DNA of 64,000 nt from Bacteroidota bacterium (GTDB lineage Bacteria; Bacteroidota; Bacteroidia; Chitinophagales; Chitinophagaceae), in assembly GCA_016715505.1 (NCBI GenBank), contig JADJZY010000014.1, positions 1 through 64,000 of the forward strand, in the 5' to 3' direction. A program made the translations under genes and the position numbers. Below the pieces are notes generated by a model that saw only the letters and a program-made list of their open reading frames with translations, made no database searches and was not told the origin of the DNA. Every line of letters starts with the position of its first letter. The stretch's first letter is position 1. Shown piece after piece: positions 1 to 11,800 of the stretch.

Positions 1-12
1 ATACTGCATATC

Positions 13-615
13 TCATTCTTCCAATCCATATTTACGCATAGTTAGATTTACAACTTTCATTTCATACAATTCTGTAACCTGATAAAGATAATATGTTCCA
101 TCAAAATATTGCCGTGCTGAACTATGTTTATAATCAATTGGGTCATCAGTTAATACAACTTTAGAACGTATTGGATTGTTATGAATATAATCAAGCTTCT
201 GCTCCATAAACTTATCACTTTCCAAAAGCTTCCAATCAAACGATGGTTCAAAAACTTCGTGTTTCTTGTTTCTAGTTGCATCTGTTTTGTTTACAAAACT
301 TTTTAACGCTTCAAGTTGAGTATTTTCTCCGAGCTCTTTGAGTTTCTTAAGTATCGAGTATGTCATGAAACGCTTCCCATCGCCGACAACCTTATTAATA
401 CTTTTATCTGTGTGAGTAAAACTAATTATTGCATGAAAATGATTTGGCATGATGACAAAAGCATTTATATAATGACCACTATTTTTGAGGTAGTCGAACC
501 ATTCATAAATGACTGAGTGTAGATTATATTTATCAAATAAAGGCAGCCATCTTGCACAAGTAATTGTAATAAAAAATATTCCGCTCTTGTATGGTATTTG
601 ATGTCGGACTGCCAT
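13..615 (-). mobile_element. IS200/IS605-family Y1 (HUH) transposase, REP-associated tyrosine transposase (RAYT)-like
   Basis: 200 aa ORF with HUH-type motif (VIMPNHFHAIISF) and a C-terminal Tyr-containing region typical of Transposase_17/Y1_Tnp proteins. No second transposase ORF (IS200 singlet/RAYT type). An adjacent REP-like hairpin lies at 647-675. Confidence 0.7.
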
Positions 616-646
616 GGGCCAAAGTTACACAATGATTTGTTTGTTC

Positions 647-675
647 GCAGAGTCCTCGAAGCGAGAGACTCTGAG
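647..675. repeat. REP-like hairpin (7-bp inverted repeat cagagtc...gactctg) next to the RAYT-like gene
   Basis: Perfect 7-bp inverted repeat with a ~12 nt loop read directly from the sequence, lying immediately upstream of the transposase gene start. Confidence 0.3.
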
Positions 676-703
676 GGGAAAAAAAATGAAAAAAAAATAA
701 ATT

Positions 704-822
<119 letters not shown>

Positions 823-1040
823 TTTTGTTGGGGGGTGAGAATTCGCTTGAAAAGCGAAATTTACACTTGAATTTAATGATATCAACTACTTTCACGTTAA
901 ACAGCAGCCCCTATTATAGTGGTTTGACCGTGTATCAAACTCCCGACAAAGTATGTTCCGGGCGATGAATGGCAGTAAATTCTCCACAGCAAGTTCAAAC
1001 CTATTGGTTTGTGAGGACACAAGCCAAGAATAGAGGATAA

Positions 1041-1070
1041 TAAAAAAAAGCGGACCGCCTTGGGTCCGCC
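1041..1070 (-). terminator. Rho-independent terminator of ndk
   Basis: On the minus strand, hairpin GGCGGACC-CAAG-GCGGUCCGC followed by U8. It lies 24 nt downstream of the ndk stop. Confidence 0.65.
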
Positions 1071-1093
1071 TTATGGATTACTTGATAATGGTA

Positions 1094-1510
1094 TTAGAAT
1101 TTCTCCAAACCCGAAAAGAAAAAGTTCCCTTCCAATATAGCATTCTCATCGCTGTCACTACCATGAACCGCATTTTCTCCAACGCTTTTCGCATACAGTT
1201 TACGAATGGTTCCTTCAGCAGCATCAGCCGGATTCGTTGCACCAATCAGGGTACGGAAATCAGCCACTGCATTATCTTTTTCCAAAATGGCAGCCACAAT
1301 ATGTCCACTACTCATAAACTCACATAATTCTCCGTAAAATGGACGCTCTTTGTGAACCTCATAAAATTGTCCGGCTTTTTCCAAACTCAAACGAGTCATT
1401 TTCATCGCTTTAATACGAAATCCTGCTCCATTAATTTTTTCTAAAATAGCCCCAATGTGCCCGTCCTTCACGGCATCAGGCTTAATCATCGTAAATGTAA
1501 TATTCGACAT
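1094..1510 (-). CDS. ndk: Nucleoside diphosphate kinase
   Basis: 138 aa with the canonical NDK sequence ([10 protein letters not shown]..., NAVHGSDS active-site His region). Confidence 0.95.
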   Translation of the reverse strand: MSNITFTMIKPDAVKDGHIGAILEKINGAGFRIKAMKMTRLSLEKAGQFYEVHKERPFYGELCEFMSSGHIVAAILEKDNAVADFRTLIGATNPADAAEGTIRKLYAKSVGENAVHGSDSDENAILEGNFFFSGLEKF

Positions 1511-1582
1511 GGTTTAAAATTTTGCACAAATGTAAATGCCGGGCATTGAACCACACGGATTCCTTGCAGCTATTTAAAAGGA

Positions 1583-3691
1583 TTAACGCCTTCTTTTCAT
1601 TTTTTGAGCCGATGGCCGATTCCGCAGGGCAAAAATACCCTGACTGGCTGACTGACCATATAGTTGAGGATATAAGTATTTGCCTTGTTGCTCTTTCGGT
1701 TTTTCAACTTCTGCTACCACCCGGTTCGCCATCGCCCATGCATCCTTTCGTATTCCGGTCACTTGCCAACTCACTTCTACATGTGGTTTCTCAGTGCTTA
1801 TTTCAAATACATTCTGTTCTACTTTTTTTGAAACCCATACATCCGAGCGCTCCCCGATGACGGTAAGTTGATACCGAAAGTCTTGATTCAATGCCTCAAA
1901 ATATTCGGGTAATGATATTCTTACTTTTCCATCGGTACCCGTTACTGCATTTCCGTTATATATATTCATCATATCCGGGCTCTCTACAAAACTGTGGTAT
2001 AAAAATTTATTGGCCGGATCAAGCGGATGATCAATCTGAAAAGTCCCGCCTCCTTTACTCAAATTGCCCAGCACATTTAAGTCGCCATTCATGAGCACAA
2101 ATCCATTAAAATATCCTGCAAAGGCTGAGTTCGCGCCGGTTCCATCTGCCTCCCCGTAAACACCAATATTCTCCAGGCCATTACTAGCCATACCTGCCAG
2201 GCCATATTTTGTTCCAAAATTCCCAATCGTATCCGAATGGGCGTAGGCATACAATCCAAAGGTTTCATCCCTGCCTGCAGCTTCCCCCAGAAGACCATAA
2301 ACCGCAAACAAGCCCGATGTTTTAGCCAAACCCTGAATACCCGTATAGCCTCCTTCGCCATACACACCCACCCCGTAATTCTCATTGGCATCGGGGAGCA
2401 CTCGGGCATACACGCCAATATGATCGGCCAATGTAGTTCCGGTATATTCTGCCCGTACGATGCCACTACTTACGGAATTACCATCACTCGTAAAATACGA
2501 TAAAGTATCTCTACTTCCGGTTACCTGAAAAACTGTACTCGGTTGTGTGGTATTTACACCGACATTGCCCAGGTTGCTGATCGTTAAAAAATCAGCCCCA
2601 TTCGTTCCCAGCGAGAGGGATTGGTTTTCCAGATTATTGATTGAGGCTTGGGAGGGGCTTTCACTTATCAGCAAACCATCATTGATTGTATGCCCTGAAC
2701 CATTATGGGTTAATCGCAAATCCATCACATTGGCGTCCGTATTATTGAGATGAATTCTGGAAACCGGTGTAGCGCTTCCTCCCAACCCGACATTTTCACT
2801 CAAAAAATCAGCATGAAATTTTAGTTTACTCACACCTGATTTAAATAAACTGATTCCGGCATTCCCGGCCGTGCTGATTAAAAACCGACCGCTCCCGTCG
2901 CCAACATTCACTGCATTATTTCCAAATGCCAACAAATTTGCCAAAGGATACAAGGTTGTGATTCCCGCATATCCTCCGGCATATGCACTTCCATATTTGG
3001 TGAATGTGGCATAGCTCAAGTTTCCATCATTGTACATCGTAAAACGTCCGGCTCCGGCGGTATGGACATTTTGCATGCGCAAATGTTCCTGAAATCCACT
3101 GGCATTGCGATAAATATGAAATTTAGCCGCCGGAGAGTTGGTGCCCAGACCTATATTGGTTCCATTATCAAACAACTGGGAATTATAAATGGTATTGGCC
3201 GCAGTAAATTTTGTCAAATAGTTGACTGTACCGGTTCCTGCGGCAGATGTGGAAACAGTTCCTGCACGTGTCCCATCTCCCGTTTTTGCAGCATACAAGG
3301 CAAAAGGCACACTGAGTAATTGTGAAATTCCGGCAGAAACAAATTTCGTTCCTCCTTCAGGGTCAATCTGAACATGCATATATACCTCTCCAGTTGCCCA
3401 GGCAATATCCTGCATACTTCCCTGAATGCTTTGACCCGCGCCAATCTTGAGCGTATATAACCCAAAAGTGTTGGTCCTTACCTGGTGATCCTCAACAAAC
3501 CTTGGATTCCGAACCATGGACTCTTCAGCCAATGAAATTCGAATTCGTAGCTTCTGTTCCACCAACGGCAGTCCATCCGTATTTCGGGCTATGCCCTGAT
3601 AATTAAATTGAAGGGGTACTTGAGACCAGGTTTGATGCGGATTCCCGCAAAGAACGAGCATCAATACAATTAGTGGTAGGATACGAATCAT
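1583..3691 (-). CDS. Secreted Gly-rich tail-fibre-like repeat protein (signal peptide; N-terminal domain paralogous to 38636-40249)
   Basis: 702 aa with an N-terminal signal peptide (MIRILPLIVLMLVLC). The conserved N-terminal module PLQFNYQGIARN...FGLYTLKIGAGQ and the KLKFHADFLSENVGLGG block are shared with the 537-aa ORF at 38636-40249. Long Gly/Thr/Asn-rich repeat region. Confidence 0.55.
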   Translation of the reverse strand: MIRILPLIVLMLVLCGNPHQTWSQVPLQFNYQGIARNTDGLPLVEQKLRIRISLAEESMVRNPRFVEDHQVRTNTFGLYTLKIGAGQSIQGSMQDIAWATGEVYMHVQIDPEGGTKFVSAGISQLLSVPFALYAAKTGDGTRAGTVSTSAAGTGTVNYLTKFTAANTIYNSQLFDNGTNIGLGTNSPAAKFHIYRNASGFQEHLRMQNVHTAGAGRFTMYNDGNLSYATFTKYGSAYAGGYAGITTLYPLANLLAFGNNAVNVGDGSGRFLISTAGNAGISLFKSGVSKLKFHADFLSENVGLGGSATPVSRIHLNNTDANVMDLRLTHNGSGHTINDGLLISESPSQASINNLENQSLSLGTNGADFLTISNLGNVGVNTTQPSTVFQVTGSRDTLSYFTSDGNSVSSGIVRAEYTGTTLADHIGVYARVLPDANENYGVGVYGEGGYTGIQGLAKTSGLFAVYGLLGEAAGRDETFGLYAYAHSDTIGNFGTKYGLAGMASNGLENIGVYGEADGTGANSAFAGYFNGFVLMNGDLNVLGNLSKGGGTFQIDHPLDPANKFLYHSFVESPDMMNIYNGNAVTGTDGKVRISLPEYFEALNQDFRYQLTVIGERSDVWVSKKVEQNVFEISTEKPHVEVSWQVTGIRKDAWAMANRVVAEVEKPKEQQGKYLYPQLYGQSASQGIFALRNRPSAQKMKRRR

Positions 3692-3744
3692 GATATTGTT
3701 TAAACAACTTATTCAAAAACAATACCAAAGATCCGGAAAAATCC

Positions 3745-6261
3745 CTAGCGCACAAGGGTAAAATCTCCTTTCAGGAAATCTGTTCTTCCGGTAGGATAAG
3801 CAACCCGCATCATGTAGTAATAAACTCCAGGATCTTGTTTAACGCCTTTGTATGTGCCATTCCATCCGGTACTAATATCCTTCGTAAAATAGACTTCCTG
3901 CCCCCATCTATTATAAATTCGGAATTCCTGTACCTGTATGAGTTTTCGGGCTGTAACCCTGAATACATCATTCAAACCATCCCCATTTGGAGAAAAGGCA
4001 TTCGGCACAAACACGTCCTGCATGATGACTTTAATCCTGACGGAATCGCTTTGCGGACAACCCTGTAATTGACTCACCCCTGTAACGGTATAAGTGATAT
4101 CTGAAAGCGGAGTGGCAACCGGATCGTGACTCTGCGAAAAACCCAAATATTCTGTAGGAGACCAATAATAATAAGGGGCCCCACTTGCAAACAATTGAAC
4201 GGATTCACCCATATAGATGGTGGTATCATTATTATGCAAAACGAGATTAAATGGCGGATGATTTTCAACCATCACATCTAAAGTATCCTGACAACCATGT
4301 GGATCTAAAAGGATAACCGAATAAGTTGTGGTACCCAAACCAGTTGCATTAGGATTTGAACAAAACTCACAACTCAAATTTCCGGCCGGATACCATTGAT
4401 AAAGACCATTGCCTCCGGTTACCCAAAGTTCAACCGGCTGACCAGAACAAACCAAAGTATCTTCAATAATATTTCCTTGTGCAAATGGCCATACCTGCAC
4501 AAAGAACTGATCTGTTGCAGTACAACCCGCATTTGGAGATGTAACTGTAAAATCGATGGTTTGCGAGGTAGTTCCTACAAAGGTGGGGTTATAACCATTG
4601 GTATTAATAAGTCCACTGGAAGGAACCCATGAAATATTATAATTAAAGGAAGGCGTAACGATGGCATTAATATCTACCGTTTCCCCTTCACAAAGTTCCA
4701 AATCACTCAATGGTGTTATAACCGGGATAGGATCCGTGGTGATGGTAAAACCTTTCGTGACCGGACTACAATTTCCGTAAGAAGCAGTGACAGAATAATA
4801 TTGCGAACCAACCTGAGTGGGGGTGATACTAGTTTGAAAGTTGCCCGGATTCATCACCCCGGAAGGAGGCGTCCAGGCCATATTCAACCCGCTATCTTTA
4901 ATTCCATTGATATTCACCGTATTTCCTAAACAAATGGCTGTATCCACGTTGAATAACGAAAATTGCAAAGAGTCTTTCACCTCAATGATGATACTATCCG
5001 TGATTAACTGACTGCATCCACTTAAAACATAAATCTTAATAAATTCAGTTCCTTCAGCCAATCCATCCTGAACCGCATAAAGGTTCAAGGTTTTCACGGT
5101 ATCATTCACATTTGCAGTAAAAGTAACCTGAGTAGGAAGCGTATTATAATCCACGCCATTGGTAGCAGTTCCCTGATATTGTAAGTTAATGGTATCAGGT
5201 AAAGCAGTCCCGAGAATGATTTTTCTTGTAATAGTCAGTGCAGCACTGTCACAACCTTCAACCAAAATTGGCGACCCGGAAGTGGATACCAATCCGGTAT
5301 TTAACTTAACATCGATAATATTGGATGAAAAGCTCCCTGCCTTCAGAAATACCCCTGAATCCAATACCTGATCTCCTTTATCGGCAATGGCTAATTTGAT
5401 GTGCTAGGGAGAACAAGGAACAACAGGGGAGGTGGCAGTCAGGACTGTTGTAAAACCCTGATAATTGACGGAAGCCCCTCCCGCATTACATACAAAATAT
5501 TGACAGGTATTGTTGGTGGCATTAAACATTGTACAGCCATTTGTTAAGTTATAACAGTTCGTATTTGCTGTATTACAACAACCCGGCATATTCGGACAAT
5601 AAATGGTGCTTACTCCTACCGGGCAGGTGGTTGAACCGGGTACTAAGGCAATATTGATAGAAGAATTTGAATAAGGGCCAACAATTCCCGGACCGCTTAA
5701 AAAGAAACCAAAAACATCATTATACCCTGTACAAGTGAAACTAGGGTACTCCGCTGAACCAAACACATAATCAAATTTCACCGTGTCACCAATGGTTACG
5801 AAGTCAAATTCCAAAATACATTTATCATATGTTGTACCGCCAATGACTGCCGTCAAATCAGCATCCGCACCATTTCCCGTAACACCTGTAGGCCCTTGTG
5901 CCGGACCATTTGCACCCGGACCATTGATATTGGAGGCCGCCTTGCCCGAAGTCAGCACAATTCCGCTATCCATTCCTAAATTACTTGAGGTTACCGTAAA
6001 GGTTCCACTTCCGTAGTCGGTGCTACCTTGAGGGGCAGCGCCACAATTCAAAGTGGCATTACTCACCGTTACCCCAAATCCAACCAAAGTTTGTGCTAAC
6101 TGGGTAGCATTATTAGACGAGTTCACATTGATTTGGGCTTGGTTCGATTGACATAAGCCGAGTAAGACAAAAATTGATAGAATAATTCTTTTCATACGAT
6201 TCAGTTTCATACGGTTTAAAAGACGATGAACCATCCTGAATGGTTGGAGCTCAATATTCAA
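3745..6261 (-). CDS. Large adhesin-like T9SS cargo protein with type-B C-terminal sorting domain (gliding-motility-associated CTD); two ORFs in the same frame joined by one in-frame TAG at 5404-5406
   Basis: 5404-6261 (285 aa) has a signal peptide and an N-terminal module. 3745-5364 (539 aa) ends with the characteristic CHU_C/type-B CTD (PNAFSPNGDGLNDVF...YNRWGQEVF...GWNG). The fragments are in the same frame (verified by codon arithmetic) and separated only by TAG. The paralog at 23339-26344 reads through the equivalent position with Tyr. Confidence 0.7.
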
Positions 6262-6382
6262 ACCTTAAAAAGGCAATTTACACAGATTTCTCTAAAAAAC
6301 GCGAAGAATGGGCAGAATTGCCCCCAAAATTCGCCATGGATTCAGGTTGAATTATAGTAATTTCGCCATCCAAAAGAACAGG

Positions 6383-7117
6383 ATGATCTATATTTTCAGG
6401 AAAGAAATCAATGCCTTTTTCAGCTCTTTGATGGGTTACATCTCGGTGATTGTCTTTTTACTCGTCATGGGCTTTTTTCTTTGGTTTTATCCGGATAATA
6501 ATATGCTCGATGATGGCTATGCTACCATGGATAAATTTTTTAATCTGGCTCCATGGGTCCTGCTATTTTTATTACCTGCCATCACCATGCGGAGTTTTTC
6601 GGATGAATTCAGGTCCGGGACCATTGAAATATTATCGACTTTGCCATTAAGAGAAAAGGATATCGTATTGGGCAAATTTTTCGCTGCCTGGTTGTTGGTT
6701 GTCTTTTCAATCCTGCCAACCTTGTTATATGTTTTTTCCCTCGCCAGCCTATCAGCCATCCCTGACAATCTGGACACTGGCGGAATTATAGGTTCATATA
6801 TTGGCTTACTCTTTTTATGCGGAGCCTTTACGGCAGTCGGCCTATTTTGTTCCACCTTGACCAACAACCAGGTGATCGCCTTTTTGATCGCTATTTTTAT
6901 CAACTTCATTTTATATTCCGGATTTGAAACTCTCAGCAAACTGGAAGTATTTACCGGAACACTCGATTATATCATAAGTTCTATTGGCATGGAGTCGCAT
7001 TATCGTTCCATTAGCAGAGGATTGATAGACACACGGGATTTGGTTTACTTCCTGAGTGTCATTGCCATTTTTATCCTGGCCTCAAGATTTTCATTACAAA
7101 AAAGAAAGTGGGCTTAA
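6383..7117 (+). CDS. gldF: Gliding motility-associated ABC transporter permease GldF
   Basis: ABC-2 family permease with the GldF-type N-terminus (MIYIFRKEINAFFSSLMGYI) and six predicted TM segments, immediately upstream of gldG. Start chosen at the internal Met matching GldF homologs. Confidence 0.8.
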   Translation: MIYIFRKEINAFFSSLMGYISVIVFLLVMGFFLWFYPDNNMLDDGYATMDKFFNLAPWVLLFLLPAITMRSFSDEFRSGTIEILSTLPLREKDIVLGKFFAAWLLVVFSILPTLLYVFSLASLSAIPDNLDTGGIIGSYIGLLFLCGAFTAVGLFCSTLTNNQVIAFLIAIFINFILYSGFETLSKLEVFTGTLDYIISSIGMESHYRSISRGLIDTRDLVYFLSVIAIFILASRFSLQKRKWA

Positions 7118-7130
7118 ACCGATCTCAATT

Positions 7131-8824
7131 ATGTCAGCAACAAAAACTATTTATCGTAAATATTTGATTCGGTTTGGGGTGATTGTGCTTTTGCTGTTCT
7201 TGTTTAATATGATCAGTACAAGGCTCCATAAACGCATTGACCTCACTTCAGAAAATCGTTTCTCCTTAAGTGATCCGACCAAAAAACTATTAAAATCTCT
7301 AAAAGAACCTGTCATCATAGAGGTCTATTTAAAAGGCAAATTCCCTTCCGGCTTCCAGCGACTGGCAGAATCTGTAAATGATGTTTTGACGGAATTTCAG
7401 GAAGAAGGAAACAGACAAATTCGTTTTCAGTTTATCAATCCTCTGGAGGGAATAGAAGATAAGGATAAAAAAGCAGTATTTGAATCACTGGCATCAAAGG
7501 GTATCAATCCGGTAAATTTAAAGGTACAGCAGGATGAAGAAGATGGCTATTCCGAAAAAATCATTTTCCCTTCAGCGAAAGTATCGTACAACCATAAAGA
7601 GGTAGCCGTCAATTTATTGGAAAGCCATATTAGTATGAGCCCTTCTGAAAAGTTGAACTACGCTTCTTCCATGTTGGAATACAAATTTGCTTCCGCTATC
7701 AAATCGCTCATTTTACCTGACAAAAAACATATCGCCTGGTTAGTGGGGCATGGTGAAGTGATTGGCATGAACACCTTTGATATCCTAAACACCCTGACCA
7801 AATATTATAAAGTTGATACCCTCGACATCACCCAAAATATAGAAATCGGTAACTTTTACGATGCCGTCGTCATTGCTAAACCCACACAGCCTTTTGATGA
7901 TAAAAACAAATTCAAAATTGATCAGTATATCATGCATGGGGAAAAGTACTTTGGTGTGTAGATCAAATGCAATTCACCATGGATTCTCTGATCCAAAGCA
8001 GTGCCGGAATGGCCTTGGATATGGGGCTGAATCTCGATGATATGTTATTCAAATACGGGGTGCGAATTAATCCTGACTTAATTGAAGACTATCAGCAGGC
8101 CAATCCAATTCCGGTTACCGTGGGTATGATTGGCAACAATCCTGACATCCGTCTGATCCCCTGGCTTTACAATCCGTTTTCGATTTCTACTTCCAAACAC
8201 CCCCTGGTCAATAATCTGGATGCCGTGATGTTTATGATGGCTAGCAGTATGGATACCATTGCAGCCCCGGGAATTACTAAAACCATATTATTACACTCCT
8301 CCAACAGAAGCCGAAGAATGCCAGCACCTGTTCGTATTAGTATGTCGAGTTTAAAGTTTGCCCCACAACCCGAACTATATAAGGAAAAACAAATTCCCAT
8401 GGCTGTTTTATTAGAGGGCCGATTCTCTTCGATTTACGCCAATCGTTTAGATCCGAACTTTATTCGAGTTTATCAGGATTCTTTGAAAAAAACTTTTTTA
8501 GAGACTGCCGAAAAAGCCGGCAAAATGATTGTGGTATCTGATGGAGATATTGTCACCAACGATTTTATCCAATCCAGAGGCCCCTTGGAATGTGGATTTT
8601 ATAAATACACCGAACAACAATTTGCCAATAAGACCTTTATCTTAAATGCGTTGGAGTACTTAACCGACGAATATCAAATACTTGAAGCCCGCAACAAAAA
8701 CCTGACCTTACGTTTGCTCGATACAACCCGAATTAAAAAAGAAAAAATGCGCTGGCAATTATTGAATACGGCATTGCCTGTATTGCTGGTCATCTTCTTC
8801 GGAAGTGCGTGGTTCTTTTCGTAA
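7131..8824 (+). CDS. gldG: Gliding motility-associated ABC transporter substrate-binding protein GldG (apparent single-base frameshift at the G-run near 7937-7945)
   Basis: ORFs 7056-7961 and 7967-8824 together match GldG (about 560 aa). The alternate frame reads HAWGKVLWCVDQMQF across the junction, so the break is a 1-nt indel in the ggggaaaa run. It begins 14 nt after the gldF stop. Confidence 0.75.
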
Positions 8825-8863
8825 AAAAACGCTATGCCGGCATTCCTCAAAAAACAGCAGCCA

Positions 8864-11800
8864 CTAAGTACCTGAAACTTTTTGAATCACCTCCCGGATT
8901 CCATCTAATCCCTCTGAAAATTTAGATAAGAGTGAAATGATATCGTTCATTTGATCTTGCTCAGCTCCAGTCTTCAAATTTCTATTTTTTCGATATAACT
9001 GACCTATTTCATCCAGTCTGAATTGTTCCTGTTCCTGTATAACGCCCAATAGGGATTTGAGTTTAAGCAAATTGAACTCAGCCCCGGTTGTCAAATTCTG
9101 TGATTCATTGCGATAATGATCCAACACCAAGGCCATCACTTCTTCCCTGCGTATGAATGGCTTGTAGCTTGGAAAGCAGTTTATTCATATCCCTGTAAGA
9201 GCCTTGTAATTTAAAATGGTGGTTCATGGCGAAATTCATCAGACATTGCTGCGGAGGAAATGTACAACTGATTTACTTTGAGTACCTGATTTCGAATAAA
9301 CATAGATTTTTCTACTACCTGTCGAATATCCTGCAATTCGTGCCCTGCAAAATTCCCTTGAAGATTCTCAATAGGCGTCTGATGTTGCACGGATTGTACC
9401 AAATGATACAAATTTTCAAAAGATGGTTGCACAAGTCGGCTCAGATATGCATTCGACAAGACTGCATTTTCAATCATACTGAGCTCAAACAAATCTTGTT
9501 TGGATCCACTGAGTTCTCCGAGATTATAAGTATCTGCACGATTGGCCAGCATATCAGGAATTTTGAATGTCTCACCAGATTCATTATACGGATTTCCAGC
9601 CATGACCAAACAAAATCGTTTACTACGCAATTCATAGGTTTTTGCTTCGTTCAGATATACCCCTTCCATTTTTCGTTGGCCATCTGCAAGTGAAATAAAC
9701 TTCTGTAAAAACTCCGGATTACAATGTTGAATATCGTCCAAATACAGCATCACATTATCCCCCATTTCAAGTGCCAGATTCAATCGCTGTAATTCCTGTC
9801 GGGCAGCCGCATTTTTGGCTTCAGCTGGATCTGTTGATAAGATCGAATGTCCTATTGAAGGCCCGTTAATTTTCATAAAAATCAATCCCAATCTGGCAGC
9901 CAGATATTCCATCAAAGTGGTCTTTCCATAACCCGGTGGAGAAATCAATAATAGCATTCCCATCCTGTCCGTTCTTTGCATTTCTCCAAGCGCTCCGATT
10001 TGTTTCGATAAATTATTTCCAATCAATGGTAAATACACTTCATGGATTAAACGGTTTCTTACAAATGAACTTAAAACCTGACTCTTCATCTGATCGGTTT
10101 TCAAAGCCTGTTTTCTTGTCTGAATAAGATCGTATTTTTTCAAGGTAAACTGCTCAAACTTAGGAACATTCACGGCTTCAAAATATCCCAGTCGTTTAAT
10201 AAAATCATGATAGTTCAAAGTATACTCAGAAGTATCTTCCATCGACAACATACCTGAAATCGTTTCATGCGACATGTACGATCTAACATAATCTGCCTGC
10301 CATTTTTTGTTGAGCAGGAGGACAGCTCCTTCGAGCAGGTGTCCACGAGTGGCAGTATGCGTCTGTGTGGAAAGAGATTGTTGAATGGCTGCAAATGCGA
10401 TAGAAAACAAATTCCGGGATGTGCTTCAAGCGCACTCAGATTTTTATAAAAAGTAGTCTCAACGCCACGTTGCCTTAAATTTTCCAGACACTTCAAATAA
10501 TAATCCGAAGCTTCTGCCGAAACTGCTGCTAACTTCTTATGAGATGCTTGCAAATATTTAGCCATGTTTTGCAAAGAACTATCTGCAAACAAAATATTTT
10601 GATTTTTGAATGAAGTCAACTCTTCGATGAGTTGTTTATTCAAAAAATCGTACTCTAAAAATTCATTTGTGTTTCCTTGTAATAAGGTCAGTGTGTCAAA
10701 TTGATTCTGATAATACGCCTTCTTTTCATTGGGTAAGAAATGCCAGAACAAATCGGCAACAGAGCGATCCTCAGCCTGAAACCGAAGCAACTCCAATTGC
10801 TGATGCATCCTTTGTATTACCTGTAGGATTTTCAGACTATCCTGATCATGCAAACCTTTTACAAATCCCATTCCGAATTTCGTATTGACGATTTCTTCAA
10901 TGGCTAATCTCAAATGATCAGCATCAACAGGATTGGGGAATTTTTGAAACACCATCCATGCTAGAAACTCTGCGCGCTTTACCAGATCATTTTCTGAAAT
11001 GAATGCTTGCTTCCAAACTTCTTCATACGGCAATAAATCATCTGAAGAAATTTTTTCATAAAATGAGGTACCCGTGATGTGAAAATAAAATTGATGTTCT
11101 TTTTGAATGATGGATAATTCAGGCTCAAATTGATTGACTGCAAAATGATAGGCCCAAAATGCAATGGATTGACCATCGTCGGAATACAATTCTTTTTTAT
11201 CCTTGAGTTGACGCAAACAATCTTGCTGAGTGGTTTTGAGTAAGGTGCTCAGTTCTTCAGACTTAGCCGTATCGCCGGAATCCTTGAGTGCCAGTATGAT
11301 ATCCCTGACTTTTGAAACCATCAAATCCGCTGCAAAAAATCCGTTCATTTCAACATCTGATTCAATTTGCATGGCCTTGGATCGAATGCTATTCAGAATT
11401 CTTTGACCAGAAGAAAATTGTTGCAATGAACGTTTTGACTGCAAAGCGGCAATGGCCGATCTTTTTGATTGAAAAACAGCATTCACCTCTTCTCGCTTTC
11501 GATCCAGCTCCTCTAGATAATCAGAAAAATCTGCAAACCGGGTTCCTAATTCTTCGAGCTGAATACTGAGTTTGTTTAAATATTCATCACATTTTTCAGC
11601 GGTATTGGCCAATTCACTAAAATTTATCACAGCCTGATCAAACAACACAATTTGAGCATTATAATCTGCTTGAAGTTCTTTTCCGGTAATTTCTCTTTAC
11701 GTTTTGAAAGAGCGCTTCGATCCTGATTCAACTTGAGAAAATCAAAGAAATTTCTTCAATGATTTTGGTTGACTGAGCGGTATCCTCAATTTTGAGATTA

